Shown: positions 1-10,173, counted from the first letter of the stretch. The stretch: 64,000 nucleotides of DNA from Candidatus Freyarchaeum deiterrae (GCA_037305845.1 CP147778.1:544001-608000); one strand, 5' to 3'. The notes: a model not told the origin generated them from the sequence alone. A program made the numbers and translations.

Positions 1-1
1 C

Positions 2-79
2 AAGCTTGAAGGCCCCTTGGCTTTAGGGATGAAGCTGACTGGGGCAATGAAGGCAATGGCCCAAGCACTCAAGGGCTAA
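2..79 (+). CDS. 3' end of an SCP2 sterol/lipid-binding domain protein (partial, begins before the window)
   Basis: Frame 2 reads KLEGPLALGMKLTGAMKAMAQALKG*, matching the SCP2 C-terminal K-x-x-G-x-L-x-x-A/G-M-K-L pattern and the end of the next gene. Confidence 0.65.
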   Translation, partial: KLEGPLALGMKLTGAMKAMAQALKG

Positions 80-186
80 TAGAGTTGTTAGGGTCTCTTC
101 ACAAGAGCTGAAAAAAGTATGTATGTTGTTTCATAAAAAAGCAATACCAGTTTCTCTTTAATAATAGATATAGTGGAGGTTTTGTA

Positions 187-828
187 ATGAGTAATCCAAA
201 AGCTGCTAAAGCAAGTAAACCGAAAGCTGCCCCAGAAGCAACGCCAAAGGCAGCTGCTGCGGGAGCAAAGGATTTGAAAAGTGAAGCAGAAGCAATGTTC
301 AAAATGTCAGATAAGGAGTTGATGGATGTCCTGCCTTCCTTCGTCCCTAAGACGAAAGGTAAGGGACCGGAGTTGTTGAAGGCTATACCAGACCTACCGC
401 AGAGGTTAGCTCAGAGGCTGGCGAAGAGCGACGTTAAGGCGTGGGCAAATAATGCACCCAAAGCATCAGATGCATTTACGACATATCTGTGGGAAATAAC
501 AGGCGCGATGGTTGAAAAAGATCCAGATTTAAAAAGCGCGGTGAATAGTGCAGGAGAGATCAAAGTTAATTACGAAGCCACAGATAGTCCCATGAAAGGG
601 CACTACCATATATGGGGCGGGAAAATCGACGGTGGACCGGGTGTGGTGACACCAACCGACCTTAAACTCTCATCAGACACAGACACTCTGATAAAACTGA
701 CCACAGGAGCCCTCGACGCGACACAGAGCTTCATGGCGGGCAAGTACAAAATAGACGGAAACCTAGCCACAGCAATGAAGATGGCTCCAGTAATGGCTAA
801 AATAGCCGCAGTCTATAAAGGAAAATAG
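187..828 (+). CDS. SCP2 sterol-carrier domain protein with N-terminal Lys/Ala/Pro-rich extension
   Basis: C-terminal LIKLTTGALDATQSFMAGKYKIDGNLATAMKM is typical of SCP2; GGAGG SD upstream of the ATG. Confidence 0.8.
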   Translation: MSNPKAAKASKPKAAPEATPKAAAAGAKDLKSEAEAMFKMSDKELMDVLPSFVPKTKGKGPELLKAIPDLPQRLAQRLAKSDVKAWANNAPKASDAFTTYLWEITGAMVEKDPDLKSAVNSAGEIKVNYEATDSPMKGHYHIWGGKIDGGPGVVTPTDLKLSSDTDTLIKLTTGALDATQSFMAGKYKIDGNLATAMKMAPVMAKIAAVYKGK

Positions 829-871
829 GCTCGATTTTTTCAATATTTTTTTTCTCTCTTTTTCTTTCTTT
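829..871 (+). terminator. T-rich archaeal terminator
   Basis: Several oligo-T runs directly after the stop codon. Confidence 0.55.
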
Positions 872-1061
872 AATTCTTCCCTTACATACTTTATTCTCTT
901 TATGAAGGATGAAAAGCCATTAAAGCGTCGAGAGAACAGCTATTTTAGCCAAAAAGCTTTTCGATGCGAAATAGTTAAAGAACATAGTTTAACGGTTAGA
1001 GTATGACAGGATGAAGTTGCAAACCACATCTAATTAAATGCTATGAGAGGGAAAGAATAAA

Positions 1062-1688
1062 ATGTTGGATGATTTGGGTAAAAAAAATGTTAATATTGAT
1101 AATATAGCTAAAAGGGCTTTAGAAGATGATAAAGTACTTTCGGAATTATTTGAAGGAATTTTGTCTAAGAAGGATACAATAAGATATAATAGTTTTAAGG
1201 TTTTTATGCTCTTAAGCGATGAGCACCCCGAAGTTTTGTACCCTAAATGGGATTTCTTTGTTGAACTCTTGAGCAGTGATAACACTTCCCACAGAAATAT
1301 TGCGGTCAACATCCTAGCAAATCTTACAAGTGCAGATAAAGAGAACAGGTTTGAGAAAATATTTGACCAATATTACAATCTACTAGATGATGAGAGTGTG
1401 ATTCCCGCTGCACAACTCGCAGGCAACTCCGGCAAGATTGCCCAGGCAAAACCAAAACTACAAACTAAGATAACAAAGAAGTTATTAGGCATAGATGAAA
1501 CCCACCACGAACAACAACGCAAGGAATTGATAAAAAGCTACGCCATAAAATCATTAAGTGAATACTTTGAACAAGCCGAAAATAAGAAGGAAATAATAGA
1601 ATTCGTTAAAAAACAATTAGAGAGTAAGAGTCCAAAAACCAGAAAGACAGCGAAGGAATTCCTGAAGAAGTGTGACAAAAGCAATTAA
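1062..1688 (+). CDS. HEAT/ARM-like helical repeat protein
   Basis: Amphipathic helical repeats (LVELLSSDN..HRNIAVNILANL; LLDDESVIPAAQLAGNSGKIA; LESKSPKTRKTA). Confidence 0.6.
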   Translation: MLDDLGKKNVNIDNIAKRALEDDKVLSELFEGILSKKDTIRYNSFKVFMLLSDEHPEVLYPKWDFFVELLSSDNTSHRNIAVNILANLTSADKENRFEKIFDQYYNLLDDESVIPAAQLAGNSGKIAQAKPKLQTKITKKLLGIDETHHEQQRKELIKSYAIKSLSEYFEQAENKKEIIEFVKKQLESKSPKTRKTAKEFLKKCDKSN

Positions 1689-1912
1689 TCAAGTTAATGT
1701 GGTAAAAGGGTGCAAGTAATATGCACTGATTTTTATAGGTAGAAGGTAATTGATGAGAGTGACTACCACTATCTCTTATGCCACTAGGAGGAAATAACGG
1801 ATAAGGAAGAATATGATACTTATTTTGAGAATAATGATTAAAATGTTAACATCAGTCAAGAATTTGAAAATAAATAAAAAGAGGGATAGTTTGTTTGTAT
1901 CTTTCCAAAAGA

Positions 1913-2755
1913 TTACAGGTTTCTGGAGGAGTAGAAAACCCAGGCCCAGAGAATGAAAGCTACGAGCATCGCCCCGAAGCCGATAATTAGACCTACAATA
2001 GGAAAAACTACCAGAGCACTATAGTCTACGTAGGAAAATCTACTAATAAGTAAAATCGCACCGATGAAAACCAACGCGTTTATGATGCTCAGGACTCCTG
2101 CGACTGCGGAAGCCGCGGGCTTAGCGGTCGCTTTACGTACCGATATGCCGGTCCAACCGAGCAGGAAGAATGTGAAACCCAGTACCAAAAACCCTATCCA
2201 GATGACGGAAAAATTGGGTATAAGTATCGGGAAAAGGGGATAACTGGACTCCCCCATCATCATCCATGCTGCCGTATATCCTGTTGTCAGATTCCCCATA
2301 ATAATGAGCAAGGCGCCCGATGTGATTCCTAAAACGCTGAGGATAAGACCAATCACACCCATGGCTCCCCCACCAATTTTGTACGTACCGAGGAAACCAA
2401 CACCGATCAGAATGCTGGTCGCGATGAGAAGTATAGACAGGACGAAGGATAGTGCACCGAACAGGGAAGCGGACGGCAAATACGGAGAGAGAAATATAAA
2501 TGGATAAACATGCTCATACCAAAGCTGCGTAGGCTGGTTAAACAGGTAAGTGGTGTAATAGGACACATCTACGGCGAAAATGTGTATTTCATTATAAAAT
2601 TGGGGTAATACAAAGCCCCATACTACTCCTATAGCCGCCGTTATAGCTCCTGTTATTCCTCCAGCTGTACCAGTTAGCAACGCTCTTCTGGACAAATTTA
2701 TCTCCTTTACCCTAGCATTGAAAATTATTCTTGCTTTATTAGAAATCTTTAACAT
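1913..2755 (-). CDS. Multi-pass membrane protein, unknown function
   Basis: About 6 hydrophobic segments. Confidence 0.7.
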   Translation of the reverse strand: MLKISNKARIIFNARVKEINLSRRALLTGTAGGITGAITAAIGVVWGFVLPQFYNEIHIFAVDVSYYTTYLFNQPTQLWYEHVYPFIFLSPYLPSASLFGALSFVLSILLIATSILIGVGFLGTYKIGGGAMGVIGLILSVLGITSGALLIIMGNLTTGYTAAWMMMGESSYPLFPILIPNFSVIWIGFLVLGFTFFLLGWTGISVRKATAKPAASAVAGVLSIINALVFIGAILLISRFSYVDYSALVVFPIVGLIIGFGAMLVAFILWAWVFYSSRNL

Positions 2756-2793
2756 ATTAACTTTGGTGTCGAGGCAATCATTTAGATTAAGCT

Positions 2794-3110
2794 TTATTTA
2801 TGGGCGTCTGCAAACAATTCTCAGAAGTCGAATAGTTCGAAGCCGACTCCCTCTCCTCTTTCTTTTGGTCCTGAACACTTTTGAACAGTAGCATGCAGAA
2901 TGGACAATTAGTAACCGGTCCGCTGACTCCGAATTCTTAGGCTATTCTCTATTCTTCTTGTGGCTAGTCGGTCTGCGAGTTCGAGGAAGACTGATCTGAC
3001 TCCGCCTCCTCCGCAGCACCAGTCGGATTTTAGTACTTTAACTAAAGAGGACGGAGGCATTCTAGCTGTTGCTTGTATTCTATTACTCAGGATTTCCTTG
3101 CATCTGGTTA
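2794..3110 (-). pseudogene. Relic of a CCG-domain Fe-S oxidoreductase (GlpC/HdrD-like) C-terminus
   Basis: Minus strand reads SDWCCGGGGVRSVFLELADRLATRRIE, then after a frameshift VTNCPFCMLLF, then FELFDF*ELFADA*; CCG-domain motifs interrupted by frameshifts and a stop. Confidence 0.7.
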
Positions 3111-3229
3111 ACTGATTCTCCCCAAAACCATTGTTTTAAGCGCTTTACTTCCAAGAGAAATAAAAAAAGAGGAAGGGGGGTTTCGATAACTCTATCACTA
3201 GAGTTAGAAACACTGTTATTATCTTTTGC

Positions 3230-3403
3230 TTAAATTGAAACCGAGAAGGATACTGAGGTGATTGGGCTGTTACCAGCTTGGTCGAAGGCCATAACTTCCA
3301 TGGTGTGAATACCGTTTGAGAGACCAGTGAACTTGTGGCTGATTCTCGTTCCCGCATTGATCCAGGAGCTGCCGTCAATTCTGACCGCGTAGTGGTCTAA
3401 CTT
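3230..3403 (-). pseudogene. Orphan Ig-like/FnIII-type domain fragment of a surface protein
   Basis: Reads KLDHYAVRIDGSSWINAGTRISHKFTGLSNGIHTMEVMAFDQAGNSPITSVSFSVSI*; preceded in frame by TGA, with no start codon for the domain. Confidence 0.7.
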
Positions 3404-3530
3404 TCAACAGAAAATGATGGAAATGCGCGAAACTTCCACGGAATCGCCCAAAATCTGATAAAAAGAGTAAATAAAGTTTAGGTGCTAATTATATTCACCA
3501 TTAGTAAAGTTTTAACTAAGAGGTGATTTC

Positions 3531-4124
3531 GTGGTAAGACCTGAAGGTTCTTCTCTAATCGGCTGCTGCGGAATTTACTGCGGTGCATGTCCATCTAACA
3601 CGGGGATAACCCGTGAGGCGGCTGAAAAGCTTCAGAAGCTGCTTGACGAAGCGAAAACAGGAGAAATAGCGTTCATAATGGGAATCGCCGACAAGTATCC
3701 CATATTCCATGAGGTTCTCACTCTCTTCGCAAATCAGCCCAAGTGCTCAGGGTGCGGCTCTGAATCCCCCACAGCTTCCTGCGCCATTAGGAAGTGTTGC
3801 CATGAGCGTGGCCTATCTACCTGCGCCGAGTGTGAGGAAAATGAAAGATGCATAACCACGCCTGAAGACTTTGACCTCGGAAAAGCAATTGGTGAAGCGC
3901 TTACAAGAGCGGAACCAGGGGTGCAAGGAGGCCTACCAGAATTACCAAAAGAGGTTTTCATGCAAATCATCAAACAGAGATACCATGACTGGAATATAGA
4001 AAACCTAAGCATCATCAAATCTAAGGGATACGCTGCATGGCTGAAGAAAATGGAAACAGCTGTAAAAAACGGTTTTTATACAGGGCAGGTAATTCAAGAC
4101 AAAGAAGAGGAGAAAGGGCGATAG
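3531..4124 (+). CDS. DUF3795-family Cys-rich (putative Fe-S/Zn) protein
   Basis: GCCGIYCGACP...CSGC...CAIRKCC..GLSTCAECEE pattern; GAGGTG SD. Confidence 0.75.
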   Translation: MVRPEGSSLIGCCGIYCGACPSNTGITREAAEKLQKLLDEAKTGEIAFIMGIADKYPIFHEVLTLFANQPKCSGCGSESPTASCAIRKCCHERGLSTCAECEENERCITTPEDFDLGKAIGEALTRAEPGVQGGLPELPKEVFMQIIKQRYHDWNIENLSIIKSKGYAAWLKKMETAVKNGFYTGQVIQDKEEEKGR

Positions 4125-4348
4125 GATTCATTTCAAGTATGTTAAAAAGAATAGATAAAAAATGGGACAAAATTTTAGAATTCTCCCCTATTTTTTAAAA
4201 TTCATAATTTTATTTTCGAAAATATTAATTTTTAATCTAGAATTATTGTGAACCTCGCAATAAATTTTATTCATTTTTGAGATATTTTTTTATATATAAT
4301 TCTCCTAAAATATAATTAGCATTCTAGGAAAACGATGAGGAAGGTTGG

Positions 4349-5371
4349 ATGGTGGCATTGCAGAAAAAAACAGGTCTCCCAATTGCCTTAATTCTTCTTT
4401 TATTCGTTTTCTTAATTATACTAAAAATGCTGCAGAGTCAAAATCTGGTGCTTTTTGTTTTGCTCTCAATAATGATTGTCTCTTTGCTCGGTGCGGGAGC
4501 TGCTGTGGATAGATTCAGAAAGAAATATGTTATTCCGGTTGGGGCTTTGGCCAGCCTAGAGAATATTATTGTGGACCACTTACCTAGCGGCAGCACTTTG
4601 TGGGCTTTTGACTTTTTCAGAATGAAACAGAATACGATTATTGTTTCGGGATTTATAGCGGCAGTGAAGTTTTTTATGATTGAAATGCTTAAAGGTAATC
4701 TCAAGAAATTGGAGACAGAGTTTGGAACCTTTATAAAAGAGGACGGAGACCTCTTAACTGTTACCTGCATAACTAGTGGTAACACCAGCTCAGAGGAAAA
4801 CTGGATTAGGCAAAGACTGCAAGATTTTTTGTGTACAGCTGAACTCCGGCATCGGAATGATCTTCGCAACTGGATGGGTAATGCGTCTATTTTTGAAGAA
4901 TCGTTCTTAGAGATCATTTCTTCAATGATTAATATCTCTAAAGCCTTGAAGCTTCAGAAGCGGAGAATCCGTAAGATGGAGAAGAAAAAAGAGAGGCTTT
5001 CTGCAGAACTTGCAAATTTGGATTCAAAGAAAGATATTATTAAAACACAGTTTGAAAATGATAAAATTAGTGAAGAAGAGTTTGAAGCCAGAAGCACTAG
5101 GATCAAACAGGAATACAAAAGAATACGTGATTACTATATCAATGCCTGTTTCTTATTATCAAGAGTAGTCCGTGAACCAAAAGAAGTTAACATTGAAGTC
5201 TCCAAGAAGATAGAGGGTATAAAGGATACTTTTCTTGAGATTAAAATTGAAATTGCCAATTTGCAGGTAAAAAAAATAGAGGGCATTATCACTCCAAACG
5301 ATATAAGAAATAAGAATAAACTTGAAGAAAAATTAACAGACCTCATCGAAAATCTAGATAAACTCAACTAA
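4349..5371 (+). CDS. Membrane-anchored protein: 2 TM helices, longin-like domain, coiled coil
   Basis: Two N-terminal hydrophobic helices; IIVDHLPSGSTLWAFDF...IVSGFIAAVKFFMIEM..GNLKKL longin/roadblock-like pattern; C-terminal K/E heptad-rich region. Confidence 0.55.
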   Translation: MVALQKKTGLPIALILLLFVFLIILKMLQSQNLVLFVLLSIMIVSLLGAGAAVDRFRKKYVIPVGALASLENIIVDHLPSGSTLWAFDFFRMKQNTIIVSGFIAAVKFFMIEMLKGNLKKLETEFGTFIKEDGDLLTVTCITSGNTSSEENWIRQRLQDFLCTAELRHRNDLRNWMGNASIFEESFLEIISSMINISKALKLQKRRIRKMEKKKERLSAELANLDSKKDIIKTQFENDKISEEEFEARSTRIKQEYKRIRDYYINACFLLSRVVREPKEVNIEVSKKIEGIKDTFLEIKIEIANLQVKKIEGIITPNDIRNKNKLEEKLTDLIENLDKLN

Positions 5372-5419
5372 TCATAGTGAAAAAGAAGCTAAGTATTTAA
5401 TTCACTTCCTTGCAATAGA

Positions 5420-6511
5420 CTAGTGTGTTCTTTCAGTTTCAACTCTCATCATGGCTTCTCTTCCAGTTTTTTCAGGAATTTCTTCCCTGGCCCTAACTAG
5501 TTTTATGGCATTTTGGGGGCATTTGTGGGCGCAGATTCCGCAGCCTATGCATCTTTCCTCAAGAATCATTATTCGGTCATCTGATAGGTCTTCAGTGTGG
5601 GGATAGTGGCGGTAGATTGCCTGGAGGGGGCACCACTTAACGCAGGTTTCGCAGAGACGGCAGGCTTCCCCGTCTATTTCCGGCATGAAGTTCGATTTGG
5701 CAACAGCTCTGGGATTGTGGAGTTCGGAGATGCCTCTCAGGAGTATGCAGCAGTCTGTGCAGCAGTTGCAGATGAAGCTTGCTTTCTCCTGCTGGTTATT
5801 TATGGTGTGAACTAGGCCCGCGTCTTCCGCTTTCTGGAGGATTTCGAGTGCTTCCTCCTTTGTTACTTGTCTTCCGTTGCGGTGTTTGACCATGAAATCA
5901 GCGAATCGGTCGAAGCTGAAGCAGACGTCTAGGGGCTTGTCGCACTTGTTTGCTGCGAGTCTGCAGGCGCAAGGGTTAATCGCTATGCTTCTTGCTTCTT
6001 CTATGAATTTGCTTACTTTCTCGAATGGTAGAATTTCGGTCTTGATGTCGAGTTTCTCCTCAACTGGGATAACTCTCATGAAGGGGTAGTTTGAGGCTCC
6101 TAATTCGTATCCCCAGTGTGAGTACATTTTCTCGTGGAGTCTTGCGAATTCCCTCTTCTCGTCTGTCATTACGCCGTTATTCATGTGGAGTTCGAAAATT
6201 CCAGCAACGTAGGGCAGCATGCTGTAGTAGTTCTTGTTATCCTTGCTGCTGGTGAACTCTGCTATTGCTCCTTTGTCAGCGAGTCTCTTAAAAGTGGTTT
6301 TAACATAATCCGCATCTTTTCCAGTTTCCTCGGCTACCTGCTCTATGGTCTTCGTTTCCATCAAGGGGGCGTTGAAGGCTGAAGAAACAAGTTCGGCTTC
6401 CTCAGGGGTGTAAACTATGCTTAGAAGCTTTAGCATGTCCTTGCTCCTGGGTGCTCTTATGGGCCACCTGTTGATTTTCTGTCTTAAACGCTCGTAAACA
6501 TCTTCACTCAA
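5420..6511 (-). CDS. 4Fe-4S dicluster domain protein with N-terminal HTH-like region
   Basis: CACR, ICNCCTDCC, CRLCETCVKWCP and CIGCGICAHKCP motifs. Confidence 0.85.
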   Translation of the reverse strand: MSEDVYERLRQKINRWPIRAPRSKDMLKLLSIVYTPEEAELVSSAFNAPLMETKTIEQVAEETGKDADYVKTTFKRLADKGAIAEFTSSKDNKNYYSMLPYVAGIFELHMNNGVMTDEKREFARLHEKMYSHWGYELGASNYPFMRVIPVEEKLDIKTEILPFEKVSKFIEEARSIAINPCACRLAANKCDKPLDVCFSFDRFADFMVKHRNGRQVTKEEALEILQKAEDAGLVHTINNQQEKASFICNCCTDCCILLRGISELHNPRAVAKSNFMPEIDGEACRLCETCVKWCPLQAIYRHYPHTEDLSDDRIMILEERCIGCGICAHKCPQNAIKLVRAREEIPEKTGREAMMRVETERTH

Positions 6512-6809
6512 AAAAAATCACACCCTACGGACTACAGTAAATGGAATCAGTCTTTAATTTTATGTTTGGAAATTTATGCTAATTTGCATTAACGTTCTCT
6601 TATAACATATATAAATTTATTGAATTTACTATATATTAGTATAGTACTACAGCCGAGTATAGTACAGGAGCATGAATGATAAATCAACGAAATAATATCA
6701 AAGCAGCTCCACAATAATTTTTATATTCAAATTTTTATAAAATGAGGTAGCGTGCTGTATTATGTCATGTTATCCTTGCTACTGGTGAACTCGAAAAAAG
6801 GAAGAAATT

Positions 6810-7274
6810 TTAGGATGAAGAATTCTTGATACATAAGACCTGACTCGGAACTTTTCCTGGGTGAAACAGTACACCTACTACGATTGGTGACAGGGAATAG
6901 GTTAGTAGCACGTATGGCCACATATAGCCCGCGAAAATGTTCCACCCTACCAAGATTTCTTGGACTGGAAGTCCGAGTAAGAGATTCCCGCCCCATTCGA
7001 ATAGCAATGTCAATCCCAACCAGAGAAGCCCCGCAAGTATCAGATCCTTGGTTTCGTACTCCTTTACGCGTCGGAGTAAGAAGTATGCTAGAACGCAAAC
7101 GTACACAATCCGGGTGGACATTCCTATTTGATGCGCTACCAATTTACCCAATATCGGCTCATAGACCAGATTCATCAGAACAAAGAAGTTGAACCCAGAG
7201 ATAGGAATGTTCAGTAACCAAAAACCCCCCGCATTCCTCATTAATGGCTTGTTCACATTTATCACTTCCTTCAT
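6810..7274 (-). CDS. Small membrane protein, divergent from TetR
   Basis: About 4 TM segments (GLLWLGLTLLFEWGG...WPYVLL). Confidence 0.65.
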   Translation of the reverse strand: MKEVINVNKPLMRNAGGFWLLNIPISGFNFFVLMNLVYEPILGKLVAHQIGMSTRIVYVCVLAYFLLRRVKEYETKDLILAGLLWLGLTLLFEWGGNLLLGLPVQEILVGWNIFAGYMWPYVLLTYSLSPIVVGVLFHPGKVPSQVLCIKNSSS

Positions 7275-7281
7275 GTGAATA

Positions 7282-7396
7282 ATATACGACTAGTATATCA
7301 TCCATGTCTAATATCTGACTATTAGTCATTATTTATACTTACGGTCAATAAGTATTTAAGGTTTTTGACCATCGGTCATTAATCGACCAATAGTAT
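7282..7396. promoter_or_regulatory. Five palindromic (TGAC/ATAC)-N5-(GTCA/GTAT) boxes, putative TetR operators
   Basis: ATAC-GACTA-GTAT 7284, TGAC-TATTA-GTCA 7316, ATAC-TTACG-GTCA 7335, TGAC-CATCG-GTCA 7366, CGAC-CAATA-GTAT 7384, all in the divergent promoter region. Confidence 0.7.
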
Positions 7397-7458
7397 AAAT
7401 TTTTAAGTAGCTTCCGTCATAAGTTAAGAGAGGAGACAAATGTGGACTCGGTGAAAAT

Positions 7459-8139
7459 ATGCCTGATAATGAATCACAAAACACTTTGCGCAAAAAGCGG
7501 AAGTGGGAGAAGCATAGGAAAGAGATTCTGGAATCTGCAAAAAATCTGTTTAGTGAGAAAGGTTTTGAGAATACAACGATGGATCAGATTGCAGACCGCG
7601 CTGACGTGAGTAAAGGAACGTTATATAACTATTTCGTGTCCAAGGATGCCCTAATTCTCGCCATAGCCGCGGAAGGGTACGAAAAGCTCGCTGATATGTT
7701 TGAAGGAGCCAGCTTGCCCGGTCGGACTGGTCTCGAAGAAGTCGAGGCAATGGGAAAAGCGTATTATACATTTTCCCGAACTAACCCCCTCTACCACGAA
7801 GCAATCCACCGCGTTGGTAACGCAGGGAACTTGTCATTAACTCAAAATGAACTAACCAACCAGCAATCACAAACACAAGAAGCCCAAGAATTCTCCCGGC
7901 AGTTTCAACGATTCTTGGATATTTGGCTCCAAGGCGTCCAGCGGGGGTACGACGACCGGTCAATTGCGTTCAGGCACCCTCCCGCAGTTCTAGCTCTCCT
8001 ACTCGGGGCAGTGACGAGTGGGGTAGCCCAGGAGCTCCCACATCGGCTTCCCATCTTGAGCCGATTCGATGTTCAGGAAGAAGAAGTGATGAATTTGCTG
8101 TTTAAATTGCTAGGAGACGGCCTGAAACCACGAAATTAG
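7459..8139 (+). CDS. TetR/AcrR family transcriptional regulator
   Basis: ILESAKNLFSEKGFENTTMDQIADRADVSKGTLYNYFVSKDAL HTH signature. Confidence 0.95.
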   Translation: MPDNESQNTLRKKRKWEKHRKEILESAKNLFSEKGFENTTMDQIADRADVSKGTLYNYFVSKDALILAIAAEGYEKLADMFEGASLPGRTGLEEVEAMGKAYYTFSRTNPLYHEAIHRVGNAGNLSLTQNELTNQQSQTQEAQEFSRQFQRFLDIWLQGVQRGYDDRSIAFRHPPAVLALLLGAVTSGVAQELPHRLPILSRFDVQEEEVMNLLFKLLGDGLKPRN

Positions 8140-8352
8140 ATCAGATCCATTGATAGATTGAATCGCAGATAAGAATAGGGTTAAATAACCAAAGGTTGCC
8201 TGCTAGTGGCGATTATCCGACTACCCTTTCCCAGTACTTTAATCCCTGGAAAAAGGAATATTCTTAGTTCTTCTTAAGATTTTGGCAAGAAATCTTTGCC
8301 ATGAGTACTCCAAACTTTTTTAAAAAAAAAGGTGGATAGGAATTTTTTCTTG

Positions 8353-9081
8353 CTAACTTTGGTTAGATTGTCTGGAATGAAGCTTCGTTGCTCCCCATAT
8401 TACACCCCATACTATAGCTGCGGGTATGAAGACCACTAGTGCTAGAGGAAGGAAGATTGTGATTAGGAGATCGGTATATGCCCATGTGAAGTAGGTTACT
8501 CCAAGGTATAACTGAGCCCATAGATTTGTAGTCAGAAGCTCTATTATTGCGATAAGTTGTATAATGCTCAAAACTGCGGCACCAAACCCACGTGGAAAAA
8601 CACTGACACCCCAAGGTTTACCTTCCCCACCGAACCAACCAGATTTACCCTCCTCCTTGGATTTCAACGCTAGGAAAATGATTCCGAGTACTGTGTAAGG
8701 AATCGATGTAAATATCAGGATGATGAAGTAGGGCATAACTGATTGCGCGAAAACGCCGTAAAAAATCCAAATATAGTAAATCACGAGATACACTAGTAAA
8801 TCGGGAATTCCTAAATATTGCAAGATTACGTAGTATGAGGTGAGTATTGTGGTGTTAAAGATGCCCACATGAAATACCATTGCCATCGTCCAAGCTGCCC
8901 ACCAGTAAGCATCATAGTATAGAAATCTGAGTCCCAGCCAACCCGCAATGGTAGCACCAACAAGGCCTGCAATTATCGCTGACCATCTTCTCATTTTGAA
9001 AGCTGCTGCGAATGATTTCTGCGTAACCAAAAATTGTCCTACCATGGCAAATGCCACTAAAGCGAAAATAATTTCCTGCAT
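8353..9081 (-). CDS. Multi-pass membrane protein, unknown function
   Basis: About 7 hydrophobic segments. Confidence 0.7.
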   Translation of the reverse strand: MQEIIFALVAFAMVGQFLVTQKSFAAAFKMRRWSAIIAGLVGATIAGWLGLRFLYYDAYWWAAWTMAMVFHVGIFNTTILTSYYVILQYLGIPDLLVYLVIYYIWIFYGVFAQSVMPYFIILIFTSIPYTVLGIIFLALKSKEEGKSGWFGGEGKPWGVSVFPRGFGAAVLSIIQLIAIIELLTTNLWAQLYLGVTYFTWAYTDLLITIFLPLALVVFIPAAIVWGVIWGATKLHSRQSNQS

Positions 9082-9164
9082 GGATTAAGTCAAAATAGGA
9101 AATCATATTTAAAAATTTTGTTTTCTGCACGGATTAAGCAAAAGTAGGTAATCATATTTAAAAA
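9074..9164 (-). repeat. Imperfect tandem duplication (about 43-nt units) of the promoter and start codon of the 8353..9081 gene
   Basis: ctgcatggattaagtcaaaataggaaatcatatttaaaaa versus ctgcacggattaagcaaaagtaggtaatcatatttaaaaa. Confidence 0.7.
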
Positions 9165-9273
9165 AGGCAATATTTGCGGAATCTACTGTTTTTAGTGTTC
9201 CCAGCGTTAAAAAAAAGGAGGAGAAAGGATAAAAAATAATATGAGCAGATAAGGGTTGGGTAAAATTGGATTT

Positions 9274-10173
9274 TTATTCTCGGGGAACTTTGAAGTATTC
9301 GTAGAAGCCTCCTCTGCTTCCGGGTTTCTGTTGGGGATGTCCTAGGAATCCGGAGATAACCATTTTTTTAAGCAGCATGGGCGGCTTGTATGCATGGTCA
9401 CCGGTTTCGTTGTAGATGTAGTCTAGTATGTGGTATATTGTGTCTAATCCTATGAAGTCTGCTAGCGTGAGTGGCCCCATTGGCCAGTTGAAGCCTAATT
9501 TGACCATTGTGTCTATTTCTTTTACTCCTGCTACGCCTTGCTCTAGCATTCTAATGACTTCGGCTACCGTGTAGGATATGAATCTTGTTGTGAAAAATCC
9601 TGGTCCATCCGCGGCGCTGACAGGAATCTTATCCATTTTTTTTGAGAGCCCCAAGATTACATTGTATGTTTCGTCGGATGTCAGTGTGCCTCGTATAATT
9701 TCTATTAGTTTCATAACTGGTGCTGGATTGAAGAAGTGCATTCCTATGAATTTTTCTGGACGTTTTGTGGCTGAGGCTTGATCCGTAATCATCAGGGAGG
9801 ATGTGTTTGAGGCGAATATGGTTTGTTTGGGGCATATTTCGTCCAGTTTTTTCCATGTTTCTTTTTTGGTTTTCATGTCTTCGGCTATGGCTTCTATTAC
9901 TATGTCAGCGTTTCCCGCTCCCTCTTTTAGATCCTTTGTACCCTTTATTCTAGCTACTGTTTTGTCAACTTCTTCCTTGGTTATTTTACCCTTTTCAAGG
10001 GCTTTTCCCAGGCTCTTCTTGACGCGTTCCATGGACTTTTTAACTAGGTCGTCTGAAACTTCAATGAAGGTGGTGTTGTAGCCCAATCTAGCGCAGATTT
10101 CTAATATTCCTGAACCCATTATGCCTGCTCCTAGAATGCATATATTTTTAACATCTTCTATTTTCATCTTCAC
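9274..10173 (-). CDS. hbd: 3-hydroxyacyl-CoA (3-hydroxybutyryl-CoA) dehydrogenase
   Basis: GAGIMGSG Rossmann motif, IEAIAE, SNTSSL, GMHFFNP, PMGPL. Confidence 0.92.
   Translation of the reverse strand: MKMKIEDVKNICILGAGIMGSGILEICARLGYNTTFIEVSDDLVKKSMERVKKSLGKALEKGKITKEEVDKTVARIKGTKDLKEGAGNADIVIEAIAEDMKTKKETWKKLDEICPKQTIFASNTSSLMITDQASATKRPEKFIGMHFFNPAPVMKLIEIIRGTLTSDETYNVILGLSKKMDKIPVSAADGPGFFTTRFISYTVAEVIRMLEQGVAGVKEIDTMVKLGFNWPMGPLTLADFIGLDTIYHILDYIYNETGDHAYKPPMLLKKMVISGFLGHPQQKPGSRGGFYEYFKVPRE

Noticed and set aside
3145-3378. 77-aa ORF from the track
   Set aside because: Wrong frame; the protein-like signal (Ig-like domain) lies in a different minus-strand frame.
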